Of a DNA stretch of 64,000 bases, positions 47,392-57,451 are shown piece after piece. The stretch covers positions 1,216,001 through 1,280,000 of the forward strand of contig CAVVHE010000004.1 in the NCBI GenBank assembly GCA_963748015.1, in the 5' to 3' direction. A program made the translations under genes and the position numbers. Positions within the stretch are counted from its first letter, which is position 1; each line of letters opens with the position of its first letter. The stretch is from Terriglobia bacterium (GTDB taxonomy: Bacteria > Acidobacteriota > Polarisedimenticolia > Polarisedimenticolales > JAIQFR01). The notes under the pieces are model-generated. The model was not told the origin of the DNA. It was given only the letters and a program-made list of their open reading frames with translations, and did no database searches.

Positions 47392-47398
47392 GCCAGCG

Positions 47399-47404
47399 AT
47401 TATA
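47399..47404 (-). promoter_or_regulatory. Consensus -10 of a probable leaderless DUF362 mRNA
   Basis: TATAAT 7 nt before the ATG; no RBS. Confidence 0.65.
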
Positions 47405-47468
47405 GGGACCGGTCACGCGGGCTGCCAGAGAAGCCGCGGCCGCCGAGCCTGGTCGCCCGGGACGTCCC

Positions 47469-48926
47469 GTGCAAGAATGGCCCGGCTCCCAGGAGGCCCC
47501 GTTGGATCGGGAACGCCACCAATCGAGGCACGCGGCCCCGCCGGGGGTCTCGCGGCTCGCCAGGTTGTACGCCCGGCTTCCCGCCGTGGCCCAAACCCTC
47601 GCCGTTTCCCTCGAAGGCTGGCGGTTGCAGCGCGAGCGCCGCAGCGGCAGCTTTCGCGAGAGGCTCGACGGGTATCTCGCCAGGCGCGCGGGATCGGAGG
47701 ACGAGATCCTCGCGGTCCGGCGGGAGCGCCTGCGGGCGGTCCTTCGTCACGCGGCGCGCGAGATCCCTTACTGGCGCGAGACGTTTCGCGACGCGGGTCT
47801 CGACCCGGAGCGCGTCGACGGTCCCGACGATCTCCGCCCGCTGCCCGTCCTCACCAAGACCGAGATCCTGAGGCTCGGCCGCGCGCTGCACTGGGAAGCG
47901 GCGAGGAAGAGCGAGATCCGGTCCGTCCACACCAGCGGGACGACCGGGGCCGGCCTGGTCTTTCCGACGACCCTCGACGCGATCCGCGATCAGTGGGCCG
48001 TCTGGTGGAGCTACCGGATCCGGCACGGCCTCGCCCTCGGTGATTGGATGTGCACCTTCGGCGGGAGGGTCGTCGTTCCCGGCTCGGCCGGCAGCCCTCC
48101 GTATCGACGCGTGAACTACCCGGGCCGTCAGGTGCTGTACAGCCAGTACCACCTGAACGCCCGGACGGTCCGCTGGTACCTCGACGACCTGAGATCGTCG
48201 GGCCACCGCTGGTTCCACGGCTACCCGTCGACGCTCTCCTACCTCGCGAACCTCGCGAGCGAGCACCCTCGGCCGCTCTGGCCGCGTCCGGCCGTGGTCA
48301 CGCTCGGCGCGGAGAACCTCCTGACGGCGCAGCGGCGGGCGATTCGGGACGTATTCGGGGTGTCGCCGGTCCAGCACTACGGGCTCGCCGAGGCGGTCGC
48401 GAACGCGTCCGAGTGCCCCGAAGGCCGCCTCCACGTCGACGAGGACTTCGCAGCGGTGGAGTTCCTCCCGGCGGGCAATGGCGCCTACCGCATCGTCGGG
48501 ACGTGCTTCGAGAACCTCGCGATGCCGTTCATTCGCTACGACACCGGAGACGTCGCGAGGCTGTACGAGGGGCGCTGCCCTTGCGGCGTGCCGGGCCGCG
48601 TGATCGAGAGCATCGACGGCCGCCAGGAGGAGATGATCGCCCTGTCGGACGGGACCAAGGTGGGGCGCCTCGATCACCTCTTCAAGGACCTGGTGAACAT
48701 CTGCGAGGCGCAGATCGAGCAGGACCGCCCGGGACGCTGCGTCATCCGAGTCGTCCCGAGGAGCACGTTCGGCCCTTCGGACGTTCAGGCGCTCCTGGCG
48801 GAATGCCGCGAGAAGTTCGGCGACCGCCTCGAGGTCCGCATCGAGACCGTCGAATCGCTCCCGCGCCGGCCCGGCGGAAAGCTGCGGCTCGTCGTCGGCC
48901 CGGGCAGCGGCGAAGACCGGTCCTGA
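47469..48926 (+). CDS. Phenylacetate-CoA-ligase / CapK-like adenylate-forming enzyme
   Basis: LPVLTK, TSGTTG, HGYPS, HYGLAE, MPFIRYDTGD, IDGR, GGKLR; start approximate. Confidence 0.88.
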   Translation: MQEWPGSQEAPLDRERHQSRHAAPPGVSRLARLYARLPAVAQTLAVSLEGWRLQRERRSGSFRERLDGYLARRAGSEDEILAVRRERLRAVLRHAAREIPYWRETFRDAGLDPERVDGPDDLRPLPVLTKTEILRLGRALHWEAARKSEIRSVHTSGTTGAGLVFPTTLDAIRDQWAVWWSYRIRHGLALGDWMCTFGGRVVVPGSAGSPPYRRVNYPGRQVLYSQYHLNARTVRWYLDDLRSSGHRWFHGYPSTLSYLANLASEHPRPLWPRPAVVTLGAENLLTAQRRAIRDVFGVSPVQHYGLAEAVANASECPEGRLHVDEDFAAVEFLPAGNGAYRIVGTCFENLAMPFIRYDTGDVARLYEGRCPCGVPGRVIESIDGRQEEMIALSDGTKVGRLDHLFKDLVNICEAQIEQDRPGRCVIRVVPRSTFGPSDVQALLAECREKFGDRLEVRIETVESLPRRPGGKLRLVVGPGSGEDRS

Positions 48927-48936
48927 CGGGCGGGTA

Positions 48937-50181
48937 TCAGCCCGCCCCCCCCTTCCGCTCGCGTAGCAACTCCTCGAGGATGGCCACGTATCTCGCGGCC
49001 AGGGCCGATCGGGAGTAGTGAGTCTCGACGTACGCGCGGCCCTTCTCCCCCATCCGCCGGCAGAGCTCGGGATCGTCCGCGAGACGGACGATCGCGTCGC
49101 GGAGGGCCCCGGCGGACTCGGGCTCGATGGACAGCCCCGCGCCCGCCTCGTCGAGGAGCTCCTTCGCCTCCCCCTCCACGCTGAGGAGGATCGGGCGGGC
49201 CATTCCCATGATCTCGAACATCTTCGAGGGAAGCACCGCCTGGAACAGCGGCGTCTTGCGGAGGGGCACCAGGCACGCGTCCGACGCCTGATAGAACGCC
49301 GGAAGCGCCGTGCGCGGCTGCTGCTCCACGAAATCGACGTTCCTGAGGCCCATTTCCCGGTGGCGGGCGACCAGGCGCTCCTTCTCCGCCCCGTCGCCGA
49401 CCAGCAGGAAGCGGACGCCGCCGCGGTCCTTGAGGAGCGCGGCGGCGTCGAGCATCGTGTCGAGCGCGTGCGCCATCCCGTGGGTCCCGACGTAGGACAC
49501 GAGGAAACCCCCGTCCGGGACGTACCGCCGGCGCACCTCGTTGTCCTGCGGCCCGGGACGGAAGAAGTCGAGGTCGACGCCGTTGGGGACCACGGCCATC
49601 TTGCCCGGGTCGAAACCCCGCTCGGCGAGGATCCTGGGGGTCGAGCGGGCCACCGCGACGATCCTGGCGGCGCGACGGTAGAGGAACCCCTCGACGCGCC
49701 GCAGTCCTCCGATCACCGCGCGGTTGCGAATGGCCTCCACCGCCTCGATGGAGTCAGGCCACAGGTCGCGGACCTCGAAGACGAAAGGACGCCGCAGCAA
49801 CCGCGACGCGGCGTATCCCGCCACCGCCACGAAGAACTGCGGCGAGGTCGCGATGACCACGTCGCACGTCCGGACCGCCGGCACTCCGAGCGCGACCGAG
49901 GTCATCATGAACGAGGCGTAGTTGAGGATTCTCCGGGTGGTCCCCTTGTTGGCGGCGGCGTAGAGCCACGTCCGCACCACCTCGATCCCGTCCTTCCGCT
50001 CCCGCTGAAACACCTTTCCCCGGTACTCCGGCGGGATCACGCCGGTGGGATGGTTGGGAAAGCCGGTGACCACCGTGACGCGGTGCCCGAGTCGGACCCA
50101 TTCCCGGCTCAGCTCGTGGACTCGCGCGGCGGGGGCGCCCATCTCCGGAGGGAAATAGTGCGAAAGGTAGAGTACGTGCAT
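48937..50181 (-). CDS. GT4 glycosyltransferase (WbuB-like)
   Basis: YFPPEMGAPAAR, FPNHPTG, ATSPQFF, EVRDLWP, YVGTHG, PSKMFE. Confidence 0.93.
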   Translation of the reverse strand: MHVLYLSHYFPPEMGAPAARVHELSREWVRLGHRVTVVTGFPNHPTGVIPPEYRGKVFQRERKDGIEVVRTWLYAAANKGTTRRILNYASFMMTSVALGVPAVRTCDVVIATSPQFFVAVAGYAASRLLRRPFVFEVRDLWPDSIEAVEAIRNRAVIGGLRRVEGFLYRRAARIVAVARSTPRILAERGFDPGKMAVVPNGVDLDFFRPGPQDNEVRRRYVPDGGFLVSYVGTHGMAHALDTMLDAAALLKDRGGVRFLLVGDGAEKERLVARHREMGLRNVDFVEQQPRTALPAFYQASDACLVPLRKTPLFQAVLPSKMFEIMGMARPILLSVEGEAKELLDEAGAGLSIEPESAGALRDAIVRLADDPELCRRMGEKGRAYVETHYSRSALAARYVAILEELLRERKGGAG

Positions 50182-50192
50182 GGCGGCCGACA

Positions 50193-50221
50193 AAGCTACG
50201 GTCATGAGGGAGGCGTGTCAA
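50193..50221 (-). promoter_or_regulatory. Sigma70-like promoter of the GT4 gene
   Basis: TTGACA-17 nt-TAGCTT, 11 nt before the ATG. Confidence 0.55.
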
Positions 50222-51643
50222 GAACGGGCGGGGGCGGGATGCGGCCGGCGGCCGCCGCCGGCAGGAGCGCTCGCGCGTAATGGCGAAGAGGATCACGCAC
50301 TTGATGGTGATGTGCAAGCCGTAGAAGAGGCACGTGACCCACGCCGCGCCCAAGAGCCCGAACCGTGGGATGAGCAACGCCGACGCCGTCAGCATCGCAG
50401 CCCCGATCCCGACCCCGAGCAGAACCTGCAGCTTAAGGAATCGGGCGGCCGTGAGCCCGTACGTGAGGAACCCGGACACGAACGCGGTACCGGCGGCCAG
50501 CATCAGCCAGCTGAAGATCTGCGACCGGTCGGCGTACTCTTGGGTGTACGCGATACGGAGGATCTGCCTGCCGAAGCCCAGCGTCACGAGCAGCGCGAGC
50601 GCGCCACCCATCGCGCTCGCGCCCGCGAGCCGAAGCACGAGCCACCGGAAAGCGCGGAAGTTCCCCGACGCGTAGTGGCGCGCCAGCCTGGGGCTGGCCG
50701 ACTGGCCCAGTGCGGTCGAAACCGTCGCCCCCAACATGATGAAATAGGCCAGTGCCGCGAAGATCCCCAGCTCGTGCTCGCCCAGCACCGACTCGATGAA
50801 GTAACGGGGGATGTTGGCGTTCAGCGACGTGAGCATCGCGGCGACGCCGAGCGGCGCCGCGAGCCAGGCGAGCCGCAACGTGACGCGGCTAGCGGGCAAG
50901 CGGGCCTCCGGACCGGACCGGGGGACCGGCGCCGAGGCTTCCGCGTCCCCCGCTTGTCGAGCCCTGAGCAGCGCGCGGGCGTTGGCCGCGTCGTAGGAGA
51001 TGAGGAGCAGGCCCCAGGCCAGACAAAGCCCTACCACGCCCCAGACGATGGACGCGGATAGATAGAGGCCGGTCGCCAGCGCGGGGAGGGAAAGGGACCC
51101 CTTGAGAACGAGCGACTTCGCAACGCGGTCCATTCGCTCGTTCTTCTGGAAGAACCCGTAGAGGATGTCGCTCGCCGACTCGACGCCCTTGGCGACCGCC
51201 AGCAGTACGATGACGATCCGAGTCCTCCGCTCGAAGTGGGCGATGAGCGCGATCCCGGCGACGACGAGCAGGAACAGTGCGATCGTGAAGAGACGGAGCC
51301 GCACGTAGTCCCGGAATCGGTATTGCTGCCTGGCATCGGTCGCCTGGACCGAGCGGAGATCGAGATTCGCGAAGAGGATCGCGGGGGAGCAGATAGCAAG
51401 CGCGAGAGCGAACGCCCCCACCTGTTCGGGGCTGCCGAGCTTGGCGATGACGACGAGCATGCCCCACTGGCACGCCGCGTAGTAGGCGTTTCCCACGAAG
51501 GTCCACGTGAAGTTTCGGCGGAGCGAGAGGGGGGCGGTGGAGGATCGCAGGGCGGGCGCTCCTACTCGCGGGTTTCGTGCGAGGCCGCCATCGAGAAACC
51601 CTCGTGGAGAGGACCCCGATCGCCGGGTTCCAGGAAGGGCCAT
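50218..51643 (-). CDS. wzx: Wzx-type polysaccharide flippase; both ends uncertain
   Basis: SLRRNFTWTFVGN..YAACQW, LRSVQATD, NIPRYFI, LGIFAA; the ORF as read runs into the next gene and a likely indel would give a stop at 50218-50220. Confidence 0.85.
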
Positions 51644-51732
51644 GATAGCGCAGGCGCGGAGGTGCGGGCGACGGAAAAGGTCGCGTCTGGTGGTCTTCCT
51701 CCTCTCCGGACGCTACTATTACCCTGTCCCCC

Positions 51733-52761
51733 ATGGGGGAGAGAGCCGTGGAGGTTGGTGACGACCTTGCCTTGAGCATCTGGGATCCCGGGGACGAGTC
51801 CGTCGTTCCCAAGATCATGAAAGGGCTCGTCGCCGTCGGCGTCCCGGAACGCTTCGGGACCGGTTGGTTCTTCTGGAAGTTCCGAGACGGGCCTTGGGGT
51901 CCGGCCGTCATCGCGTACGCCCGGAACCGTTCGGACGGACGGATCGCGGGAGTGACGGCCTTCGGGATGTGGCGACTCCTGCACGACGGCCATCCCGTCC
52001 CGGCGGGGATCTCCTTCGCGACGTTCGTGCACCCGGAATTCCAGAAGCGGGGGCTGTTCACCGCGCTGACCCGCCTCGCGCAGGAGGAAGCCCTCCGTCG
52101 GGGCGCGCGCGTCCTCTTCAACTTCCCCAACCAGAACAGCCGGCACGGCTTCCTGCGCCTCGGCTGGCAGGACATGCACGGCATCGGGACGTGGGTCAAG
52201 CCCGTCCGCCTCGGACGCGTCCTGTCGCGGGCCGTGACGGGTCCCCGCTCGTTGAAGGCCGTCGTGGGGGACCCGCCCGACGCCGCGATCCACGGCGCCG
52301 TGCCGCCGTTCGACGATTTCTCCGGCCTGATCGAGGCGCGTACTTCCTGGGCGGGACTCTGGGCGGGCGAGCGCACGCCGTCCATGCTCCGCTGGCGCTT
52401 CTTCGGGCATCCCCGCTACCGGTACCTCCACATCGAGGGCGACGGCGTGACGGCGCTGGTGCGGACGGCCTCGAGGGGAAGCCTTCGCGAGGCTCAGATC
52501 ATGGACGTCTTCTTTCCGCCCGAGCGCCCGGCGGCGGCGATCCGGCGGCTGTTCCGCACGATCGCGGAGCGGTGCGAGGCCGACACGCTCGCGGTGATGG
52601 TGACGCGAGGGCACCCCCTTCGTCCCATCCTGAAGACGTCGGGGTTCCTTCCCGTCCCCAACCGCGTGAACTTCTTCACCTATCCGCTGGTGAAGGACTG
52701 CCCGCCGCTGGGGGACCAGGGAAACTGGGCCCTGTCCTTTTCCGAGATCCACATGATGTGA
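51733..52761 (+). CDS. GNAT-family acyltransferase
   Basis: FFWKFRDGPWG, TFVHPEFQKRGLF, FNFPNQNS..GF.RLGW, LRWRF. Confidence 0.85.
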   Translation: MGERAVEVGDDLALSIWDPGDESVVPKIMKGLVAVGVPERFGTGWFFWKFRDGPWGPAVIAYARNRSDGRIAGVTAFGMWRLLHDGHPVPAGISFATFVHPEFQKRGLFTALTRLAQEEALRRGARVLFNFPNQNSRHGFLRLGWQDMHGIGTWVKPVRLGRVLSRAVTGPRSLKAVVGDPPDAAIHGAVPPFDDFSGLIEARTSWAGLWAGERTPSMLRWRFFGHPRYRYLHIEGDGVTALVRTASRGSLREAQIMDVFFPPERPAAAIRRLFRTIAERCEADTLAVMVTRGHPLRPILKTSGFLPVPNRVNFFTYPLVKDCPPLGDQGNWALSFSEIHMM

Positions 52762-52780
52762 CGCGGGGGCCGTACGGCTC

Positions 52781-53935
52781 TCAGCCGCGAGGCCGCTCCT
52801 CGAACCGGCGCCGCGCGTGCAGGACCGCCCGCCAGATCTGGTCGCCGCAGGCCTCCGGGGTCAGCTCCGCCGCGCGCATGACGGCCAGCCGCCGGAGCTC
52901 CGCCCTCCTCGCGTCGTCGTCCAAGAGCCGCAGGATGGCCGCGGCGATCGCGTCGGGATCGAGAGGATCGAACAACTCGGCCGCGCCGCCGGCCACCTCG
53001 GGCATCGGAGGGAGGTCGGAGCAGGCCATCACGCCCCCCGCCCCGAGAATCTCCGACTGCACGAACGAATTCGTCTCGCAGAGGCTCGGGAACAGGTTGA
53101 TCGTGGCGTGGTGGAACCACGCGGGCAGGTCCTCGCGCGGCAGGAGCCCCGCGTAGGTCACGCGGTCCCCGAGCGACGCCTTCTCGATCGCCTTCCGGAT
53201 CAGCTCCACCTGCGCGGGCGCTTCCGGCGGGCCCGCGATGATCAGGTCGGGAAGGGAGTGGCTTCGCAGCGCGCGCCGGTAGGCCTCGACGAGATTCAGG
53301 TGGTTCTTGTACGGCCGGATCACCGAGAGATACAGCATGTACGCCTTCCCGCCGTAAGGGTGCGGCGGAGGGCGGGCGGCGTCGACCCGGATGTGCTCCG
53401 GAACGGGGTTGAGCGCGACGAAGGAGCCTTCCGGCACCCGCCCGGCGTGCGCCCGCACCGTCTCGAGGCCGAAGCGCGAGGGCAGGACGAGCGCGTCCGC
53501 GGTTCGCGCGCTCCGCACGTACATGTGCCGCAGCAGCCGCAGCTGCAGGCGCCCTCTGGAGAAGAGCGGGAATTCCCGGACCAATGCCGGCGCGAACGGG
53601 AGCATGTTGTTGATCGAGGCCACCGTACCGCAGCTCCGGCAGAGCCGCGGCGACAGGAACCCGCTGAGCGAGTAGATCGCGCTCGCGTCGAGCTCTCGGA
53701 CCCGCGCGGGGAGCCCCTCGCGGAACCACGCGCGGAGGCGCCGCCAGCTTCCCGCTCTCGGCTCGGCGATCAGGCGGAACGACGGCGTCTCTTCGATGGG
53801 AACGGCGCCCGGAGCGCTGAGGTACACGACGTCCCAGCCGGCGGGACGCCGGAGCGCGACCGACCGGGCCAGCTCGACCTGCAGCTGGAAGGCACCCGGA
53901 CTGCTGACGTTGACCGTATCGATGAGCAGCCGCAT
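52781..53935 (-). CDS. GT4 glycosyltransferase
   Basis: YLSVIRPYKNH, LFPSLCE....VQSE (EX7E), SDLPPMPEVAG, FDP. Confidence 0.88.
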   Translation of the reverse strand: MRLLIDTVNVSSPGAFQLQVELARSVALRRPAGWDVVYLSAPGAVPIEETPSFRLIAEPRAGSWRRLRAWFREGLPARVRELDASAIYSLSGFLSPRLCRSCGTVASINNMLPFAPALVREFPLFSRGRLQLRLLRHMYVRSARTADALVLPSRFGLETVRAHAGRVPEGSFVALNPVPEHIRVDAARPPPHPYGGKAYMLYLSVIRPYKNHLNLVEAYRRALRSHSLPDLIIAGPPEAPAQVELIRKAIEKASLGDRVTYAGLLPREDLPAWFHHATINLFPSLCETNSFVQSEILGAGGVMACSDLPPMPEVAGGAAELFDPLDPDAIAAAILRLLDDDARRAELRRLAVMRAAELTPEACGDQIWRAVLHARRRFEERPRG

Positions 53936-53986
53936 CTAGGCTCCCGCTAGGCGCCCGCCGCGCGTCCTCGTACGGGGCGGCGGAGG

Positions 53987-54015
53987 AATATAGCCGCTAC
54001 CCCCGGGGGCTACAA
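53987..54015 (-). promoter_or_regulatory. Putative internal promoter
   Basis: TTGTAG-17 nt-TATATT with GGGGTAGCG in the spacer. Confidence 0.5.
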
Positions 54016-54049
54016 GCGGAACGGCGCGGCGAGGGGGCGCCGTCCGCGG

Positions 54050-55801
54050 TCAGGCGAGCCGCTCGAGCCGGAAGCGCAGCTCCGCGCCGTTCCCCGCGGT
54101 TCCCTTCCAGGAGACTACCGGCCGCGGCACGCTCGAGCCGAACCGCTCGCAGTAGACGCCGGCCTCCACCGCCAGCGACCCGCCTCCCGGCGCCGAAAGG
54201 CGCAGGCGCGCCGCGCCGGGCAGGTCCAGGACGGCGGCCCCGGCGGAAACCGACGCGCGGACGCTCGGGGCGAGCCCGAGCCGGACGACCACCGGGGCGC
54301 CTCCCGGGCCGTCGAGCCGGTCGATCCACGTCAGCCCCCGCTCGCCCTCCCACTCGATCCGCCGGCGGTGCATTCGGGCCGTTCCGAAGCCGTCGTGCTC
54401 GCCGCTCGCGGTCCTGGGGTCGATCCGCCGGCCGCGGACCCTCGGGCGCCGCCCCATGCGGAAGCTGCCGAACGGCTCGCCCTGCTCGAGGTCGCCCACC
54501 TGGAGCGTCGAGTGCGCCGCGGTGCTCCGCTCGAAGTCCCGCTCCGGACCCGCCTCGTAGCGGTCGACACCGGTGTCGGTGACGATCCTCCTCCCGTCGA
54601 CGCTCAGCTCGAAGGAGAGCGCGTCGCAGTGCGCGTGCGCAGGAAGGTGGTCGGGACCGAGCGCCCCGGCGTCGAAGAGCAGGACCGTGTCCGCCTCCTC
54701 GAAGCGGAAGTACCCCGCCGCGGGAAGATCCCGCGCGCCGGGCTCTCCGGCGCGAACGCCGCTCCCCTCGGCCAGGGCGAACAGCGCCGCCGGAGGGGAC
54801 GCTATCCCGAGGGCGCTGTCGTTGAAGAGGGCGAGCTCCCCGTCCGGATGCGACACGGCGCGGAGCGCGGCCAGCATCCTCCCCGCGCGCGCGGACAGGT
54901 CGTCCACCAGCTCTCCCCGCGCCGACCCCGAACACGCGCACAGCAGGAGATCCTCGAGGGCGAGCGCGTGATACATGGGGCTGCGCTCCTCGTGGAACCC
55001 GTCGGGAAGCACCTGGCCGTCGAGCTCCCCGAGCAGGAGCGCGGTCCCTCTCGCGCGCCAGCAGTCCCCGGCGGGGCCCCCGAACCACTCCCCTGCCGCG
55101 AAGAGGGCGCAGGCGTTCCTGAGCAGGTGATTGCCCGTGAGATCGGTCTCGAGCCATTTCTCGAGGAACGCCGCGGAGACCGCCCCCATCGCGTCGAGCC
55201 GCGCCCGGAGCTCCGCCGCCTCCGCGAGCGCCGAGGCTTCGAGCAGGCGCCTCGCGACCCACGCGTGAATCAGCCGGGAGGAGACGGAATAGCTGTTCCA
55301 CGCATCGGCCCAACCCGCCGCGGCAAAGGGCGGACAGGCCACGGTCCAGCTCTGGAGCAGCTCCGAGGCCCGTCCCAGGAGAGCCGGCGCGCGCTCCGGC
55401 TCCCGCAACGCCCCCGCCGCCGCGTCGACGAGGAAACGGTGGTAGTGGAGGTTCATCCGCCACAGGTGGGACGGCGAGGAAGGTCCGCGGTCGTTCCAGT
55501 CGGGGCGGGCCCCGAGATCGCGGCTTTGCCCCACGAACTCGAAGCGTCCGGCGAGGAGGTCGTCCGTCCTCGACGGAGAGCATGCCGCTCCGTGGAGCGC
55601 GAACGCCACGAGGGGCTCCCGCGGGCCGAGCGGCCGGACGGGAGGCGGGCCCTGCGCGAAGGCCGCCAGCCGGGCGCGCCGCGGGGCCGGGGCCGCGCTC
55701 GCGAGCCGCCGCCGGCAAACCACGACGAGCCGACCGAGGATCTGCGCGGGGCGGTAGTGGGAGAGCGCCCGAAGGTCGCGGGCCAGCCGGCCGGGGCTCA
55801 C
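54050..55801 (-). CDS. Heparinase II/III-family protein
   Basis: LWRMNLHYH, GNHLLRN, DGFHEERSPMYH, LFNDS, PAHAHCDALSFEL, RSTAAHST. Confidence 0.92.
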   Translation of the reverse strand: MSPGRLARDLRALSHYRPAQILGRLVVVCRRRLASAAPAPRRARLAAFAQGPPPVRPLGPREPLVAFALHGAACSPSRTDDLLAGRFEFVGQSRDLGARPDWNDRGPSSPSHLWRMNLHYHRFLVDAAAGALREPERAPALLGRASELLQSWTVACPPFAAAGWADAWNSYSVSSRLIHAWVARRLLEASALAEAAELRARLDAMGAVSAAFLEKWLETDLTGNHLLRNACALFAAGEWFGGPAGDCWRARGTALLLGELDGQVLPDGFHEERSPMYHALALEDLLLCACSGSARGELVDDLSARAGRMLAALRAVSHPDGELALFNDSALGIASPPAALFALAEGSGVRAGEPGARDLPAAGYFRFEEADTVLLFDAGALGPDHLPAHAHCDALSFELSVDGRRIVTDTGVDRYEAGPERDFERSTAAHSTLQVGDLEQGEPFGSFRMGRRPRVRGRRIDPRTASGEHDGFGTARMHRRRIEWEGERGLTWIDRLDGPGGAPVVVRLGLAPSVRASVSAGAAVLDLPGAARLRLSAPGGGSLAVEAGVYCERFGSSVPRPVVSWKGTAGNGAELRFRLERLA

Positions 55802-56718
55802 GATCTCGCCCGCGATCGCGCCCACCGCATGCGCCGCCACTCGGCCACGATCCGGACGAAGAGCCCCGCGGGGGGGAGGATTCGGCTCTTCCCCTGCGTG
55901 ACGGCAACGAGTCTCCGTCCCTCGACGAGGCTCCGCGCGATCTCGGCGAGCTTGTCGTACATCTTCTGCGCGAGGATCGGCCAGAGGTGGCCAAGGGACC
56001 TGGACGCGTCCCAGGCAACCCGCTGCTGGAACAGGACCGGCCCGGAATCCACCGCGGGGACCGCGAGATGCACCGTGAACCCGACGTCGTCGAAACGACG
56101 CTCGTAGGACGGCCAGAAGAACGGGGCGTTCCCCGCGTAATCCGGCGTGATCCCGCAATGCGCGTTCAGGCAGGCGATCCTCGCGAGCGACAGGGTCTCC
56201 CTCGAGAGGACGGGCGCCCCGGCGAGGAGCAACAGGTCGGGCTCGAGCGAGCGCAGCGTCTCGCGCCCCGCCGGCGAGTTGACGTCGCTCACCTCGACGT
56301 AACGGAGCCAACCCTCCTCGACGATTCCGGGGTCGTCGCGCAGCACCGGGAATTCCGCGGCGGCGCCCGCGCTCCCTTTCGCGGCCGCTCCCCGCGAGGG
56401 AGCGAGGCGCCGCGCGAGCCGCCCCGGCATGCGAGCCGCCCCCTTCACGACGAAGATCAGTAGGTTGTCGACAAAGACGCCGAAACCGCGCTTCTCGAGG
56501 AGCCGCTTGAAGTACTTCGGCGTGTCCGGTTCGACCTTGAAGCGGGGCTGGCTGACCAGCGCGATGGCGGCGCCCGACGGCCGGAGCTGCCGGGCGAGGT
56601 AACAGGCCCAGGGGCCTCGCGCGACCGTGAGGATCACGACGCTGCGGACCGCGCCGCCGATCTCGATCTCCCGTCCCGCACCGGCCGCGCCGCCGCGATC
56701 GGCCTCCGCGGAGATCAT
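55798..56718 (-). CDS. N10-formyl-THF-dependent formyltransferase
   Basis: PDLLLLAG, CLNAHCGITPDYAG, GFTVHLAVPAVDSGPVL. Confidence 0.85.
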   Translation of the reverse strand: MISAEADRGGAAGAGREIEIGGAVRSVVILTVARGPWACYLARQLRPSGAAIALVSQPRFKVEPDTPKYFKRLLEKRGFGVFVDNLLIFVVKGAARMPGRLARRLAPSRGAAAKGSAGAAAEFPVLRDDPGIVEEGWLRYVEVSDVNSPAGRETLRSLEPDLLLLAGAPVLSRETLSLARIACLNAHCGITPDYAGNAPFFWPSYERRFDDVGFTVHLAVPAVDSGPVLFQQRVAWDASRSLGHLWPILAQKMYDKLAEIARSLVEGRRLVAVTQGKSRILPPAGLFVRIVAEWRRMRWARSRARS

Positions 56719-57449
56719 CGTTCCTCGTCCCCGCTCCCCGGCAGGTAGCGCTCCCGGTTCCGCTCGAACTCGTCCTGCGCCTTCTCGTAGTCCGCCGGGA
56801 TCCCGATGTCGAGCCAGTTCCCCTCGAAGGGGTACGAGAGGACGCGCTCGCCCCCGCGGAGAAGCGCGTCCATCAGGTGGTCGAATCCGAAGTAGGTGTC
56901 GGGGGGCACGAGCTCGAGCACCGAGCGATGGAACACGTAGACTCCCATGCTGACCTTGTGCCGCAGCACGGGCTTCTCCTCGAAGGCGACGATCCGCTCC
57001 TCGGGGTCGGTCTTCAGGACACCCAGCTCGAGGCGCGTGGTCTTCACGTAGGTCGCCACCGTAGCCGCGGCGCCGTCCCGGCGGTGGTACTCGAAGAGAT
57101 CCCGGAAATCGAGGTCGGTGAGGAGGTCCGCGTTCATGACGAGGAAGTTCTCGGGAAGGTCCGGGATGCGCTTCAGCGGTCCCATCGTCCCGAGGGGCTT
57201 GGGCTCGTCGGAGTAGTCGAGGTCGATGCCGAAGCGCGAGCCGTCGCCGGCCAGCGCGCGGATGATCTCCGACATGTGGCCGAGCGCGAGACTGACGCGG
57301 CGGAAGCCGTGGTGGGCCAGCTGGCGCAGGACGATCTCGAGGATCGGGGTCGTCCCGATCGGGACGATCGGCTTGGGGATCACGAAGGTGTAGGGGGCGA
57401 GCCGCTTGCCCATGCCCCCCGCGAGGATCACCGCGCGTAGATCGCTCAT
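56715..57449 (-). CDS. Sugar-phosphate nucleotidyltransferase
   Basis: AVILAGGMGKRLAPYT..IPKP, PLGTMG, VMNADLL, EKP, WLDIG. Confidence 0.93.
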   Translation of the reverse strand: MSDLRAVILAGGMGKRLAPYTFVIPKPIVPIGTTPILEIVLRQLAHHGFRRVSLALGHMSEIIRALAGDGSRFGIDLDYSDEPKPLGTMGPLKRIPDLPENFLVMNADLLTDLDFRDLFEYHRRDGAAATVATYVKTTRLELGVLKTDPEERIVAFEEKPVLRHKVSMGVYVFHRSVLELVPPDTYFGFDHLMDALLRGGERVLSYPFEGNWLDIGIPADYEKAQDEFERNRERYLPGSGDEER

Positions 57450-57451
57450 CG

